Part shown: positions 33,196 through 42,288 of the stretch, piece by piece
How the letters are laid out: each line of letters begins with the position of its first letter
Numbering within the stretch: position 1 is the stretch's first letter
Source of the DNA: Nitrospira lenta
GTDB taxonomy: Bacteria; Nitrospirota; Nitrospiria; Nitrospirales; Nitrospiraceae
DNA length: 45,920 nt
NCBI GenBank assembly: GCA_945906715.1
Contig: CAMDRK010000001.1
Location: 1-45,920, forward strand
Direction: 5' to 3'
Position numbers and translations under genes: made by a program
The notes under the pieces: model-generated
What the model was told of the DNA's origin: nothing
Databases searched by the model: none
The model's input: the letters and a program-made list of their open reading frames with translations, nothing else

Positions 33196-35862
33196 CTATT
33201 GACTGGAGGTCTTTGCCCCTAGCCTCTGGCCCCATGCCTCTCGCCCATGAACGACGATCTCGCCTCGCTCTGCATCCAAGCTGATCCAATCGCCTTCCTT
33301 CAGCCTGGCAGTAATGCCGGCCACATTCGCAACGGCCGGCAATCCGTACTCGCGAGCAATAATCGCTCCGTGCGACAATGTCCCGCCCATCTCGGCGACC
33401 AACCCCGCTGCCACGCCAAACAACGGCGCCATACCTGGATCGATGACCGAGACCACGAGAATGTCTCCGCGGCAGACTCGGCTCCAATCCTCCATCGATC
33501 GAACGAAGCGAACCGGCCCCACGACCTGCCCCCCACTGATGGGAATACCGTGCAGTATCCCCTCCGAAGCCACAACGGACGATGTGTACGTACCTCTGAC
33601 CATCTCGCGCCAATCCTGAATCGTGTCTGGAACACTGACCGTGGCGTTGCGGTCTCGCTCGGCTCTGCGAACCTGAATCATCCCTTTCCAATCGCTCGCT
33701 CTTCCCGCTAGCAAGTCGGCACGCGCTTCGATCGTAAGATAGAAAACATCCTCCTGCGACGAAAGCCGCCCCTGTTCGACCAGCCACTCGCCCAAGCGAA
33801 GCAGAAGGCTTCGTGTTGCCGCCGAGTAGTACATCAAATGATGCCGGTTCGCTTCCCGCAGGGCAAAGAACCGGCAGAGCCGTCGATACCACCAGGAAAA
33901 GATGGCCCACCGGTGGAATCGCCATCCGAATCTCGTGCGAATCTCTGCAAGCGCTCGTTCTCGCACCATTGTTTGACGTTGAAGAATGTCCGCCGGAGCG
34001 GCGTTGGTCGGAGCCAGAATCTGCGTTCGTAATACCGACAACAACAGTTCGGGCTTGTCTGCGAACCGAGGTGACATGGGGTCCGACTCACCGACCCCTC
34101 GGTGACCATAGTCGTCGAGATACCGGTTAAAGGCACGGAGCACGTCGGTTCCTTCGAGCTTGCGACAAGCCGCAACCGGATTCCACCCCTCTTCGGTAAA
34201 CAGCGACATCACTGACGGGTCACGCCGAACCATCTCGGCCATTTCCGCCAGGCGGACAATCTGTTGCGCGCTGATCACCACCGCTTGACCCTGGAGCGCC
34301 CCGTTCAGCAGAGATCTCCAATCTCCGCCTAGCCAGCGGGGCAGTACACCGCCTAACGCCTGCAAGCAATGCGCAACCCCTCCTGCGGTGGCAAATGTCA
34401 GTTCCCGTTCATCGAGCCATTGCGCCAGGGCATCGAGGCGTGAAGCGATGTCTTCGGCTGAGAGAGTCCGAATACAATCAGGGCGATGTTCTGCAGCCAT
34501 CGCTTTCATCTCCGCGAACCAGGCCGGTCCACAACGCACAGCTTTTCTCATCTCGGCCATCATCGCAACCCCGGCGCGGACCACCGCAAACCACCCAAGC
34601 GGGCGGACCTCCGGCACCTTTGCAAGGATTTCTCCTCCCATCTGCTCCGTCATTAAAGAGGGATCTCCCCGCAGTTGTGCAATGAGAGAGTAAAACAACG
34701 TCATATTGATATAGGGACGTCCCTTGAACGTACGGACCGACGTGATCCCTTCCGGAATCTGGCATCCCATACGCCGATAGGGTGCAACAATATATCGCTC
34801 CATGAACTGCTCGAGAAACGACAGGCCGAGCGGGCTCGGCAACTCCGGCAACGTCTCCTTGAAGTTGGCGCGCGACCATTCGCAATCGTCATTGGTCAGT
34901 GGTCTAGGCCCGGCTAGGCCGGAGATGGCCCGTGCTTGAAGCAGCCACAGGCCACCCTCATCGTAGAGCCATTCGACATCCACAGGATGGCCGAATGATT
35001 TTTCAATCTGCTTGGCCGCACGGGCCAGGGCGAGCAGCTGATCGTCCGACAACGTGGCACGACCCACCGCCTCGTCCGATAGCGGCACTTCACAAAGACC
35101 CTGGCCTGTCACCCTCAAGGCCTGAGTTTGCCTGGCAATCGTCCGTTGACTGACCCGGGAGGGCTGACCGTTCTCTGCGATCTCAACCACATACTGGTCC
35201 GGCGTCGCGCTCCCATCCACGAGGGCTGCCGCGAGCCCCGCCACCGCATTGACCATCACCTGGGTCTCTCTGCCTGTAAGTGGATGGACGGAATAGGCCA
35301 CGCCGGCGGCGCTCGCCTCTAGCAGCGGTTGAATCACGATTGCCATGGCGGGAGGTGTTTCGTTCAACCCCGATGTTGCATGGTAATTCAGAACCCGCTC
35401 ATCCCAGATCGACAGCCACAGATCCTTGACTGCCGAACCTATCTCCTCCAGCGAAACGCCGAGGCGCGTACGGTAGACTCCGGCAAAACTCGCATGAACT
35501 CCATCCTCGTTCGTCGCCGACGACCGCACCGCCCACAGCCCATGCGGCGCCAGATCCAGCCGGTGAACCTGTTCGATGATCTGAGCCGTCAACTCATCGA
35601 TCGCGCAATCCCGAATGATGGTGTGGCAACGGGAGAGTATCCGTTGGCGCTCAGATCCGGAGGAATGCAGAGCTGCCTGCCACTCCTTCGTTGGAGAAAA
35701 TCCCTGCGTCCGAAGCGCGTGCTCATAGGCCTCCGTCGTGATGCAGAGTCCGGCTGGAACGGAAAATCCTCCTGCGAGCAGACGAGCTAAGCCCAGGGCT
35801 TTCCCACCGACAAGGGATGGTTGCGTGCAGGCGGCCAAGGGAAGAAGGAGAGGACGGTCCAT
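33196..35862 (-). CDS. PEP-utilising-enzyme family phosphotransferase (ATP-grasp N-domain + C-terminal swivel His domain, no TIM-barrel domain)
   Basis: The N-terminus LVGGKALGLARLLAGGFSVPAGLCITTEAY is PPDK_N-like. The C-terminus GGTLSHGAIIAREYGLPAV is a phospho-His swivel motif. 888 aa. Confidence 0.85.
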   Translation of the reverse strand: MDRPLLLPLAACTQPSLVGGKALGLARLLAGGFSVPAGLCITTEAYEHALRTQGFSPTKEWQAALHSSGSERQRILSRCHTIIRDCAIDELTAQIIEQVHRLDLAPHGLWAVRSSATNEDGVHASFAGVYRTRLGVSLEEIGSAVKDLWLSIWDERVLNYHATSGLNETPPAMAIVIQPLLEASAAGVAYSVHPLTGRETQVMVNAVAGLAAALVDGSATPDQYVVEIAENGQPSRVSQRTIARQTQALRVTGQGLCEVPLSDEAVGRATLSDDQLLALARAAKQIEKSFGHPVDVEWLYDEGGLWLLQARAISGLAGPRPLTNDDCEWSRANFKETLPELPSPLGLSFLEQFMERYIVAPYRRMGCQIPEGITSVRTFKGRPYINMTLFYSLIAQLRGDPSLMTEQMGGEILAKVPEVRPLGWFAVVRAGVAMMAEMRKAVRCGPAWFAEMKAMAAEHRPDCIRTLSAEDIASRLDALAQWLDERELTFATAGGVAHCLQALGGVLPRWLGGDWRSLLNGALQGQAVVISAQQIVRLAEMAEMVRRDPSVMSLFTEEGWNPVAACRKLEGTDVLRAFNRYLDDYGHRGVGESDPMSPRFADKPELLLSVLRTQILAPTNAAPADILQRQTMVRERALAEIRTRFGWRFHRWAIFSWWYRRLCRFFALREANRHHLMYYSAATRSLLLRLGEWLVEQGRLSSQEDVFYLTIEARADLLAGRASDWKGMIQVRRAERDRNATVSVPDTIQDWREMVRGTYTSSVVASEGILHGIPISGGQVVGPVRFVRSMEDWSRVCRGDILVVSVIDPGMAPLFGVAAGLVAEMGGTLSHGAIIAREYGLPAVANVAGITARLKEGDWISLDAERGEIVVHGREAWGQRLGAKTSSQ

Positions 35863-35876
35863 GAAGTGGATACTAC

Positions 35877-37208
35877 CTAGAGGACAAGAAGGAGGTAAAG
35901 GTCATTCACGTTGGTGCCGGTGGGACCAGTCATGATGAGCTGATTGAGCCGCTTCAACGCGGGATAGGTGTCGTGATGCTTCAACGCGCCCTTCAGGTCC
36001 ACCGAAAGGGGCTGTGCGCGCGCCACGGTATTGCCATCAATCACGGCGCCTGCCGCGTCAGTCGGACCGTCTGTGCCATCGGTACCGATCGCCACTACCC
36101 ACACCTTGGCCAGGCCTGCGATTTCTAACGCAGCTGCAGCAGCAAATTCTTGCGCCCTCCCGCCCGTTCCCTTTCCAGTGACAGTCACAGTGGTTTCCCC
36201 GCCGGCTACCACACAACAGGGCCTCTTGACCGGTTTGCCTGATCGCACTATGCTTTTCGCGAGGGCGCCGAACCTCTGCCCTTCATCTCGCGCCTCTCCA
36301 GTTAAGGCCGACCTATTCACGAAAGTTCGCAGACCTGACTCGCCGGCTGCCTGTGCCACTGCCATAACGGCCGCTTCGTTGTTCCCGACGATATGATGAT
36401 GGACTCGACGAAACAGAGAGGAGCCAGGCTTTGGAGTCTCATCCACAAGTCCCTGATATCCACGTTCGAGATGCAGGCGCACTCGCTGAGGGACCGCCCG
36501 CCAGATGCGACGGCGTTTCAAAATCGTGACCGCCTCTTGATAGGTTGTCGGGTCCGGGACTGTCGGCCCTGAGGCAATGGCGCTGAGGTCATCACCCAAC
36601 ACATCAGACAGAATCAGCGTCACAACGGTGGCTTCGGTCAATTCGGCAAGACGTCCGCCCTTGATGCGGGAGAGATGTTTTCTGACGGTATTGATTTCAC
36701 GGATACTCGCTCCGCATCGCAAGAGTTCCTGCGTGGTCCGTTGCTTGTCGGCTAGCGTAATCCCTGCAACAGGAGCAGGCAATAAACTCGAAGCCCCACC
36801 GGATAGAAGCACGATCAAGAGGTCTCGCCGGCCAAGTCCTGCGGCCATGGCACTAAGCCTGGCTGCCGCCTGCCGCCCGAACCGATCGGGAACTGGATGA
36901 CCTGCTTCTGCAACAACAATCCGTTTCGTCGGCACAACATGGCCATGCTTGACCACGACGAAGCCGCCTTGCAATCGAGGGCCCAGCCGCTGTTCTACCG
37001 CCTGGGCCATCGAAGCCGTGGCCTTCCCTGCCCCGACCACAACTACGCGCTCATATCGACGCAGGTCATATCGACGCCGGCCAATGACCAGCTCGTTGCC
37101 GTTTCTTGAGATGGCGCGACCGACCGCCTTCCTGGCGTCGACCGCACCCAGTCCTTGACGAATTAATTTCTTCAGAAGTGGCCGGATAGGAGAGGAAGGA
37201 ATCTGCAT
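35877..37208 (-). CDS. glycerate 2-kinase / MOFRL-family protein
   Basis: Contains VVVGAGKATASMA...AGHPVPD...LLSGGASSLL...VAGGETTVTV...GTDGTDGPTDAAGA. ATG 37208 (GTG 37211 is in the track). Confidence 0.85.
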   Translation of the reverse strand: MQIPSSPIRPLLKKLIRQGLGAVDARKAVGRAISRNGNELVIGRRRYDLRRYERVVVVGAGKATASMAQAVEQRLGPRLQGGFVVVKHGHVVPTKRIVVAEAGHPVPDRFGRQAAARLSAMAAGLGRRDLLIVLLSGGASSLLPAPVAGITLADKQRTTQELLRCGASIREINTVRKHLSRIKGGRLAELTEATVVTLILSDVLGDDLSAIASGPTVPDPTTYQEAVTILKRRRIWRAVPQRVRLHLERGYQGLVDETPKPGSSLFRRVHHHIVGNNEAAVMAVAQAAGESGLRTFVNRSALTGEARDEGQRFGALAKSIVRSGKPVKRPCCVVAGGETTVTVTGKGTGGRAQEFAAAAALEIAGLAKVWVVAIGTDGTDGPTDAAGAVIDGNTVARAQPLSVDLKGALKHHDTYPALKRLNQLIMTGPTGTNVNDLYLLLVL

Positions 37209-37220
37209 CACGCTGCTGAT

Positions 37221-37347
37221 GGGCTCGCTGTGTACGTCATCTTAGGATGGTCCGGTGAGTCCCCCACTGCGCGCGTCCAACGAGGGTCTTCTGAGACCGC
37301 GCGTTGCGCGAGCACAGGGGACTCACCGGACCATCCCCCTTCTAAGG
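37221..37347 (+). repeat. PCORE element, A-type, single copy
   Basis: CTTAGGATGGTCCGGTGAGTCCCC-CACTGCGCGCGTCCAACGAGGGTCTTCTGAGACCGCGCGTTGCGCGAGCACAG-GGGACTCACCGGACCATCCCCCTTCTAAGG. The stop of the SLT gene lies in the right outer stem. Confidence 0.85.
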
Positions 37348-38415
37348 AGTCTTGTCCTGCTTGAAACAACGGCTCGGACAAGTCTGCCGAGGGACTTTCA
37401 TTTGATAGGTTCCGCGTGGAAGCACATCTTTCTTGAATTCAGGATTCAGCATCTTGAGTTCCAAGAAGTAGGTTCCATATTCTTCGGCAATCGAGGTGAG
37501 GGCTCGTTGGGAATCTTTCACGTTGACGGTGACTGTTTCAATTTCCATCGGCACATACAGGTCTTTCTTGCTCAGCCCCAAGTACTTCTCAGGCTGCGAA
37601 TAGATTTCCTTGGCGGCGATGATTCTCGGGACATAGCGCATCGTTTCCCTCGGCCCGTGCATCTTCCAGTAGTCGGTAATATTTTGATCCTTCAAAAGCT
37701 TGCGAACTCGTTCTTCACCGGCATTGTACGAAGCCATGGCCATGAACCAATCGTTTTCCTTGAAATCCTTGAGATAGCGCAAATACTTGACCGCCGCTTC
37801 CGTCGACATTTCCAGATTGCGGCGTTCGTCCAGGACCGCGTCGCTCTTGAGACGATAGCGTCGTCCGGTGGAAGGGATAAACTGCCATGGCCCGGACGCT
37901 TTCGCCTTTGAATAGGCGGCGGCCACACACTTGCTCTCCACCAGCAACATATACTTGAGGTCGTCCGGTAACCCGGCCTCGGCCAACTGTTTTTCGGCGG
38001 GAGGGAAACAACGTCCGGTTCGTTTGGCGAGAATGATACTTTCGCCCTGATCCTCCAAAAATTGATAGAACTCATATTCGATACGTTCCCGTACCTGCCA
38101 GTTATCGAGCGGAACCGGTTGGCCGGCAAAGGTCAACTTGTCAGGCAGCTTAAACGAACTAAGGAAGTAGCGCTCTCCATCTCGCTTGATTTCCGGAAGA
38201 ATGACGAGGCGATCTTCTGGCTCGTTGGGATCCTCAAGAGGATCGACCAAGATTACCTCTCGGTCTGGTTCTCCAGTGGCTCCAGATCGAGGCGTACTCT
38301 CTTTTGCCTCGGACTGTTCAGGTTGCGCCTGTGCCCCCGTCACAATCGGAAGCATGAGCACCATCCACAACCCGTTGAGCGCCAATACTCTTCGAACCCA
38401 TGTCGTCATGCCCAT
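37342..38415 (-). CDS. secreted lytic transglycosylase (SLT domain)
   Basis: Contains LLVESKC...GPWQFIPSTG...ASYNAGE. ATG 38415 is preceded by AGGAGG and followed by a signal peptide (MGMTTWVRRVLALNGLWMVLMLPIVTGAQA). Confidence 0.8.
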   Translation of the reverse strand: MGMTTWVRRVLALNGLWMVLMLPIVTGAQAQPEQSEAKESTPRSGATGEPDREVILVDPLEDPNEPEDRLVILPEIKRDGERYFLSSFKLPDKLTFAGQPVPLDNWQVRERIEYEFYQFLEDQGESIILAKRTGRCFPPAEKQLAEAGLPDDLKYMLLVESKCVAAAYSKAKASGPWQFIPSTGRRYRLKSDAVLDERRNLEMSTEAAVKYLRYLKDFKENDWFMAMASYNAGEERVRKLLKDQNITDYWKMHGPRETMRYVPRIIAAKEIYSQPEKYLGLSKKDLYVPMEIETVTVNVKDSQRALTSIAEEYGTYFLELKMLNPEFKKDVLPRGTYQMKVPRQTCPSRCFKQDKTP

Positions 38416-38506
38416 CCTGCCTCCTACGTACAGTGAACGATCCATAGCAACTTTGTATGCTAACAGTCTGATAAGGGACCGGCAAGCATGATCGACTTTC
38501 AGATTC

Positions 38507-39223
38507 GTGCTAGACTGCGCGACTATGCGTGCGCTGGTCCTCCTCAACGATCGCATCACCCACTGCACTGCCTGTTCACGGCTCGTCACCTATCGGGAGA
38601 CGATTGCCAGAGAGAAGCGGAAGCAGTATGAGGACTGGACCTATTGGGGACGTCCGGTCCCTGGATTCGGGGACTCCCATGCCCGCCTCTACGTGCTCGG
38701 ACTCGCGCCTGCTGCCCACGGTGCCAACCGAACTGGGCGGGTATTTACAGGCGATCGCAGCGGGGACTGGCTCTATGACGCCTTACACCGATTTGGCTTC
38801 GCCAACCAACCAGGCTCACACCACCGGGATGACGGGCTGAAGCTATCGGACTGTTATATTGGCGCCACGATCCGTTGCGCGCCGCCAGACAACAAACCGG
38901 CCCCTGAAGAATTCAAGGCCTGCCGCCCCTATCTGAGCGAAGAGCTCCGGTCATTACGGAGGATTCGAGTGGTTGTGGCGCTGGGCAAGATTGCGTTCGA
39001 TCATTACTTGAAAGTCTGCCGTGATGAGGGATTGCAACTTCCCTCACCGCTCCCGAAATTTTCCCATGGAACCGTGCAAGTTCTTCCCTGGGGCATTACT
39101 CTGATCGGCTCATACCATCCCAGCCAACAAAATACCTTCACCGGACTATTGACCAGGCCGATGTTTCACCACATCTTCGCAACCGCTCGCCAACGACTTG
39201 CCGAGGCGGAGCGAGTGAAGTAG
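38507..39223 (+). CDS. uracil-DNA glycosylase superfamily protein, family 4/5 (UDGb-like motif)
   Basis: Contains CTACSRL, GLAPAAHGANRTGRVFTGD and GSYHPSQQN. The start is GTG 38507 or ATG 38525. Confidence 0.85.
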   Translation: MLDCATMRALVLLNDRITHCTACSRLVTYRETIAREKRKQYEDWTYWGRPVPGFGDSHARLYVLGLAPAAHGANRTGRVFTGDRSGDWLYDALHRFGFANQPGSHHRDDGLKLSDCYIGATIRCAPPDNKPAPEEFKACRPYLSEELRSLRRIRVVVALGKIAFDHYLKVCRDEGLQLPSPLPKFSHGTVQVLPWGITLIGSYHPSQQNTFTGLLTRPMFHHIFATARQRLAEAERVK

Positions 39224-39312
39224 GTTGAGGCCGAGGTCAAGGTCAAGGTCAAGATTGAGCGAAGATCTAATGTTCTCATCTTAGCCTCAACCTTAGCCTG
39301 AACCTCAACCTT
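39222..39312. repeat. periodic-repeat hairpin, GGTCAA/CCTCAA hexamer type
   Basis: AGGTTGAGGCCGAGGTCAAGGTCAAGGTCAAGATTGAG, a loop, then CTCATCTTAGCCTCAACCTTAGCCTGAACCTCAACCTT. Lies between convergent UDG and tal. Confidence 0.85.
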
Positions 39313-39323
39313 CCTGCTAGTTT

Positions 39324-39971
39324 TTACTTCTTGGCTTGTGCTTCCCAATCCGCCAGAAACTTCTTGAGTCCGCTATCGGTCAGGGGGTGTTTTACCATCT
39401 GCTGAAAAATCGAGAAGGGCATCGTACAAATATGTCCACCGGCGAGCGCAGCTTCGACGACATGCTGAGGATGACGCACACTTGCCACCAACACCTGGGT
39501 CTTATAGTCATAATTGCGGTAGATGGTCAGGATCTGGCGGATCAGTTCCATCCCGTTTGAACTGATGTCGTCAAGCCGACCGATGAAGGGTGAGACGCAC
39601 CAGGCACCGGCTTTTGCTGCAAGAAGCGCCTGGGTTGGAGAAAAGCACAACGTGACGTTCACCTTGATGCCCTCGGCGGCCAATCGTTTGGTGGCCTTCA
39701 ATCCCTCTGCAATCAACGGCACCTTTACGACAATGTTCTTATGGATCTTTGCAAGTTCCTTCCCTTCCTTCACCATGGCATCGGCTTCGAGGCTGACAAC
39801 TTCTGCACTGATCGGCCCATCCACGATGTTGCAAATCTCGACGAGCATTTCCTTAAAGCTTCGTCCTTCCTTGGCGACAAGCGACGGATTCGTGGTTACT
39901 CCGTCAAGAAGTCCGAGGCTGGCCGCCTCCTGGATTTCCTTGACGTTGGCTGTATCAAGAAAGAATTTCAT
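39324..39971 (-). CDS. tal: short-type transaldolase / fructose-6-phosphate aldolase family
   Basis: Contains [13 protein letters not shown]...GVTTNPSL...VVKVP...SPFIGRLDD. 215 aa. Confidence 0.9.
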   Translation of the reverse strand: MKFFLDTANVKEIQEAASLGLLDGVTTNPSLVAKEGRSFKEMLVEICNIVDGPISAEVVSLEADAMVKEGKELAKIHKNIVVKVPLIAEGLKATKRLAAEGIKVNVTLCFSPTQALLAAKAGAWCVSPFIGRLDDISSNGMELIRQILTIYRNYDYKTQVLVASVRHPQHVVEAALAGGHICTMPFSIFQQMVKHPLTDSGLKKFLADWEAQAKK

Positions 39972-40166
39972 GGCATTGTCCTTTCATGTCGAAATGAGAA
40001 ATCATTGTGGTCAGTTCATTATCGGTTATTCTATGAAGAACTCAACCTGGCTACAATCCTCCACCAAGCATATGCCAGTTTGACAGGCCCAAGACTGCCG
40101 GTTAGAATCCGGCTTCACCATGGCTCGTTTCTACGCTGCTTATATCCATACGACCGGGGAGAATGC

Positions 40167-40481
40167 ATGATGCAACGATCGGCCTGGGTACTCCTGTTTA
40201 GTCTGATCCTGACCGGCTGCGGCGGTGGAAATCCCTATCTTGAACAGTCACTCAAACCGGCTGAGCTTCAAGGCAAGGACAAGGCCTGGTTTGAGAAAAA
40301 CTGGGGAGCCCCGAGCGGCAAAGCCACCAGATTTTTTGGCGGCGAAACCTGGACCTACTATCGCATCGCCGGCGGAAAATCAGGCCCACCTTTCTTTAAC
40401 TTCACCCCTAATCAGTGCCAGATCACGCTCAAATTCGACAAAGAAGAAAAGCTGTCCGACTCCAGTTACTCAGGCTGTTAA
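40167..40481 (+). CDS. small lipoprotein, function unknown
   Basis: MMQRSAWVLLFSLILTGCGG carries a lipobox, with GGGGAG upstream. The track ORF from 39741 is an antisense extension over tal. Confidence 0.6.
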   Translation: MMQRSAWVLLFSLILTGCGGGNPYLEQSLKPAELQGKDKAWFEKNWGAPSGKATRFFGGETWTYYRIAGGKSGPPFFNFTPNQCQITLKFDKEEKLSDSSYSGC

Positions 40482-40729
40482 CCGGCAAGTTTTTCCTGAA
40501 ATTTGTGTGCGCAGGATTGGCTACAGAAATAATACTTCTGCCCCCCAATATCTTGCGTTATTGCCACTTCCCGTGGAACAAATACTAAACAAACAGGATC
40601 CTGAACCATGTGATCCTTATCCGGGAGTAGACCATCCGGTTCACCCGGGCCTTTGAGCGCCCGAACGGCACGCCGGATAAGAAAATACAGCACCACAAGC
40701 AACCCGAGAATGAGGATAATTCTATACAT
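40478..40729 (-). CDS. membrane-anchored YHS/TRASH-like metal-binding domain protein
   Basis: N-terminal TM segment MYRIILILGLLVVLYFLI, then DPVCLVFVPREVAI...YYFCSQSCAHKF. Confidence 0.55.
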   Translation of the reverse strand: MYRIILILGLLVVLYFLIRRAVRALKGPGEPDGLLPDKDHMVQDPVCLVFVPREVAITQDIGGQKYYFCSQSCAHKFQEKLAG

Positions 40730-40909
40730 AGTGGGGTGTCCTTACTGATGCCACAATCCTATGGGACAGCGTGACCACTGTCAAGGGTTCCCCATTCTAT
40801 CTTGGCCGATATACTAACGAATTCTCGTTCCCATCTTCTATTCAAACGGCCTAGCTGCATATGGGCGGAAGGGCCTACCTTTAAAGATAAATCAGTACTT
40901 CAGGTGGGT

Positions 40910-41095
40910 ATGCTTCCGCATTCCATCATGGTAGATTGCGCCATGACGATTTGTGATAAATGCCGCGGGGCGATGTTACCGGAACGGGCAGTGGATCTGA
41001 ACGCAGGGCTTGCGATCACAGTGTTCGCGTGTTTGAACTGTGGTCGCCGGAAATCAGCGGATCAGGAACCTCGGCCTATTACCGCACGACATTAA
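40910..41095 (+). CDS. small zinc-ribbon protein (uncertain)
   Basis: CDKC...CLNC pairs. ATG 40910 follows AGGTGG. The start is uncertain (40943 is also possible). Confidence 0.35.
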   Translation: MLPHSIMVDCAMTICDKCRGAMLPERAVDLNAGLAITVFACLNCGRRKSADQEPRPITARH

Positions 41096-41103
41096 CCGGC
41101 GCT

Positions 41104-41298
41104 ATGACAGAACCGAAACCGCTCACGTACGACGAGCACAAGGCAGCTGAAGCCGCCTTCCGTGGCGATCCGCCCAATGCCGATTGGACAGACTCAGCCC
41201 AGGAAATTTATGCTCGTCTATCTGCAGCGATCGCCACACGAAGAGCCGCTGTGCTCGCTCACTCAAGCGAGCGGGATCTTGAGACAATCGGTCGATAA
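41104..41298 (+). CDS. small hypothetical protein (uncertain)
   Basis: MTEPKPLTYDEHKAAEAAFRG.... 64 aa. Starts 8 nt after the previous stop, with no clear SD. Confidence 0.35.
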   Translation: MTEPKPLTYDEHKAAEAAFRGDPPNADWTDSAQEIYARLSAAIATRRAAVLAHSSERDLETIGR

Positions 41299-41461
41299 CC
41301 CATAATGCAGTCCCCCTCGTACGCCACACGATAGCTGCCCCCACATCGTCTCAACTTCTTGCTTGTTATGGATCTGATGATGCCTCAACAGAGGATCCGT
41401 CGCGACAGCGGTAATTGCTGTTCAAATTTATAATGTAGGGAGCCGGAGCAGAGAAGAGAAT

Positions 41462-42265
41462 CTATCGAAGACTCAGTACATCCATCATGTCGTACAGACC
41501 TGGCTGCTGCCGGACCACCCACCGAGCAGCACGTAGAGCGCCTCCTGCGAAGGTATCTCGGCTACTCGCTCGATGCGTCACTTCGATACGTTCACCCATT
41601 CCACCAAAGAGAATCGTGTGGTCGCCGACAATGTCGCCTGCACGAATGGTTTGAATCCCGATTTCGCCTTTCTTCCGTTCCCCGACAAGACCTTTTCTGG
41701 CGTAGACGCCGACCTGATCCAGATCGCGGTTCACGGCATGCGCCAAGACTTCCGCAATCTTGAGCGCCGTCCCGCTCGGCGCATCCTTTTTCAGACGATG
41801 ATGGGCTTCAATCACTTCAATGTCGTATTCGTCCCCTAACGTCTTCGCCATCTCACTAATGATCTTATAGATCAGATTGACGCCCACGCTCATGTTGGGG
41901 GACAACACACAGGGAACTTGGCGGGCAAGCGATTTCAGCTCTTCAAGCTGAGGAACGGAAAATCCTGTCGTACCGATCACCATCGCTCTTTTGTGCTGCG
42001 CCACCGTACGTAGATGATGCAAGGTCGCTTCAGGGGAGGAAAAATCGACGACCACTTCTCCTCTATCAAGGAGCCCCGCGAGATCGTCGGTAATCGGGAG
42101 GCTCGCACGGCCACAACCAGCCGTCTCTCCGGCATCATCACCCACAGCGTGATGGCCCTTTCCTTCGACCGCACCGGCCAACGTCAGGGTGGTCGAATCT
42201 TTGATAAGAGCGACCAGCCGACAGCCCATGCGACCGGCTGCCCCTGCAACAATAACGTTAATCAT
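41462..42265 (-). CDS. dapB: 4-hydroxy-tetrahydrodipicolinate reductase
   Basis: Contains MINVIVAGAAGRMG...EAHHRLKKDAPSGTA... Confidence 0.9.
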   Translation of the reverse strand: MINVIVAGAAGRMGCRLVALIKDSTTLTLAGAVEGKGHHAVGDDAGETAGCGRASLPITDDLAGLLDRGEVVVDFSSPEATLHHLRTVAQHKRAMVIGTTGFSVPQLEELKSLARQVPCVLSPNMSVGVNLIYKIISEMAKTLGDEYDIEVIEAHHRLKKDAPSGTALKIAEVLAHAVNRDLDQVGVYARKGLVGERKKGEIGIQTIRAGDIVGDHTILFGGMGERIEVTHRASSRDTFAGGALRAARWVVRQQPGLYDMMDVLSLR

Positions 42266-42288
42266 CCGAACACTTACCCCTTACGCTA

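Noticed and set aside
33104-33925. 273-aa minus-strand ORF, and other ORFs of 100-150 aa within 33196-35862
   Set aside because: They overlap the 888-aa PEP-utilising enzyme gene in another frame. Their composition (Arg/Gly/Ser-rich) and lack of motifs indicate out-of-frame artefacts.
37255-37911. 218-aa + strand ORF
   Set aside because: It starts inside a PCORE element (peptide PLRASNEGLLRPRVARAQ) and then runs antisense to the SLT transglycosylase gene.
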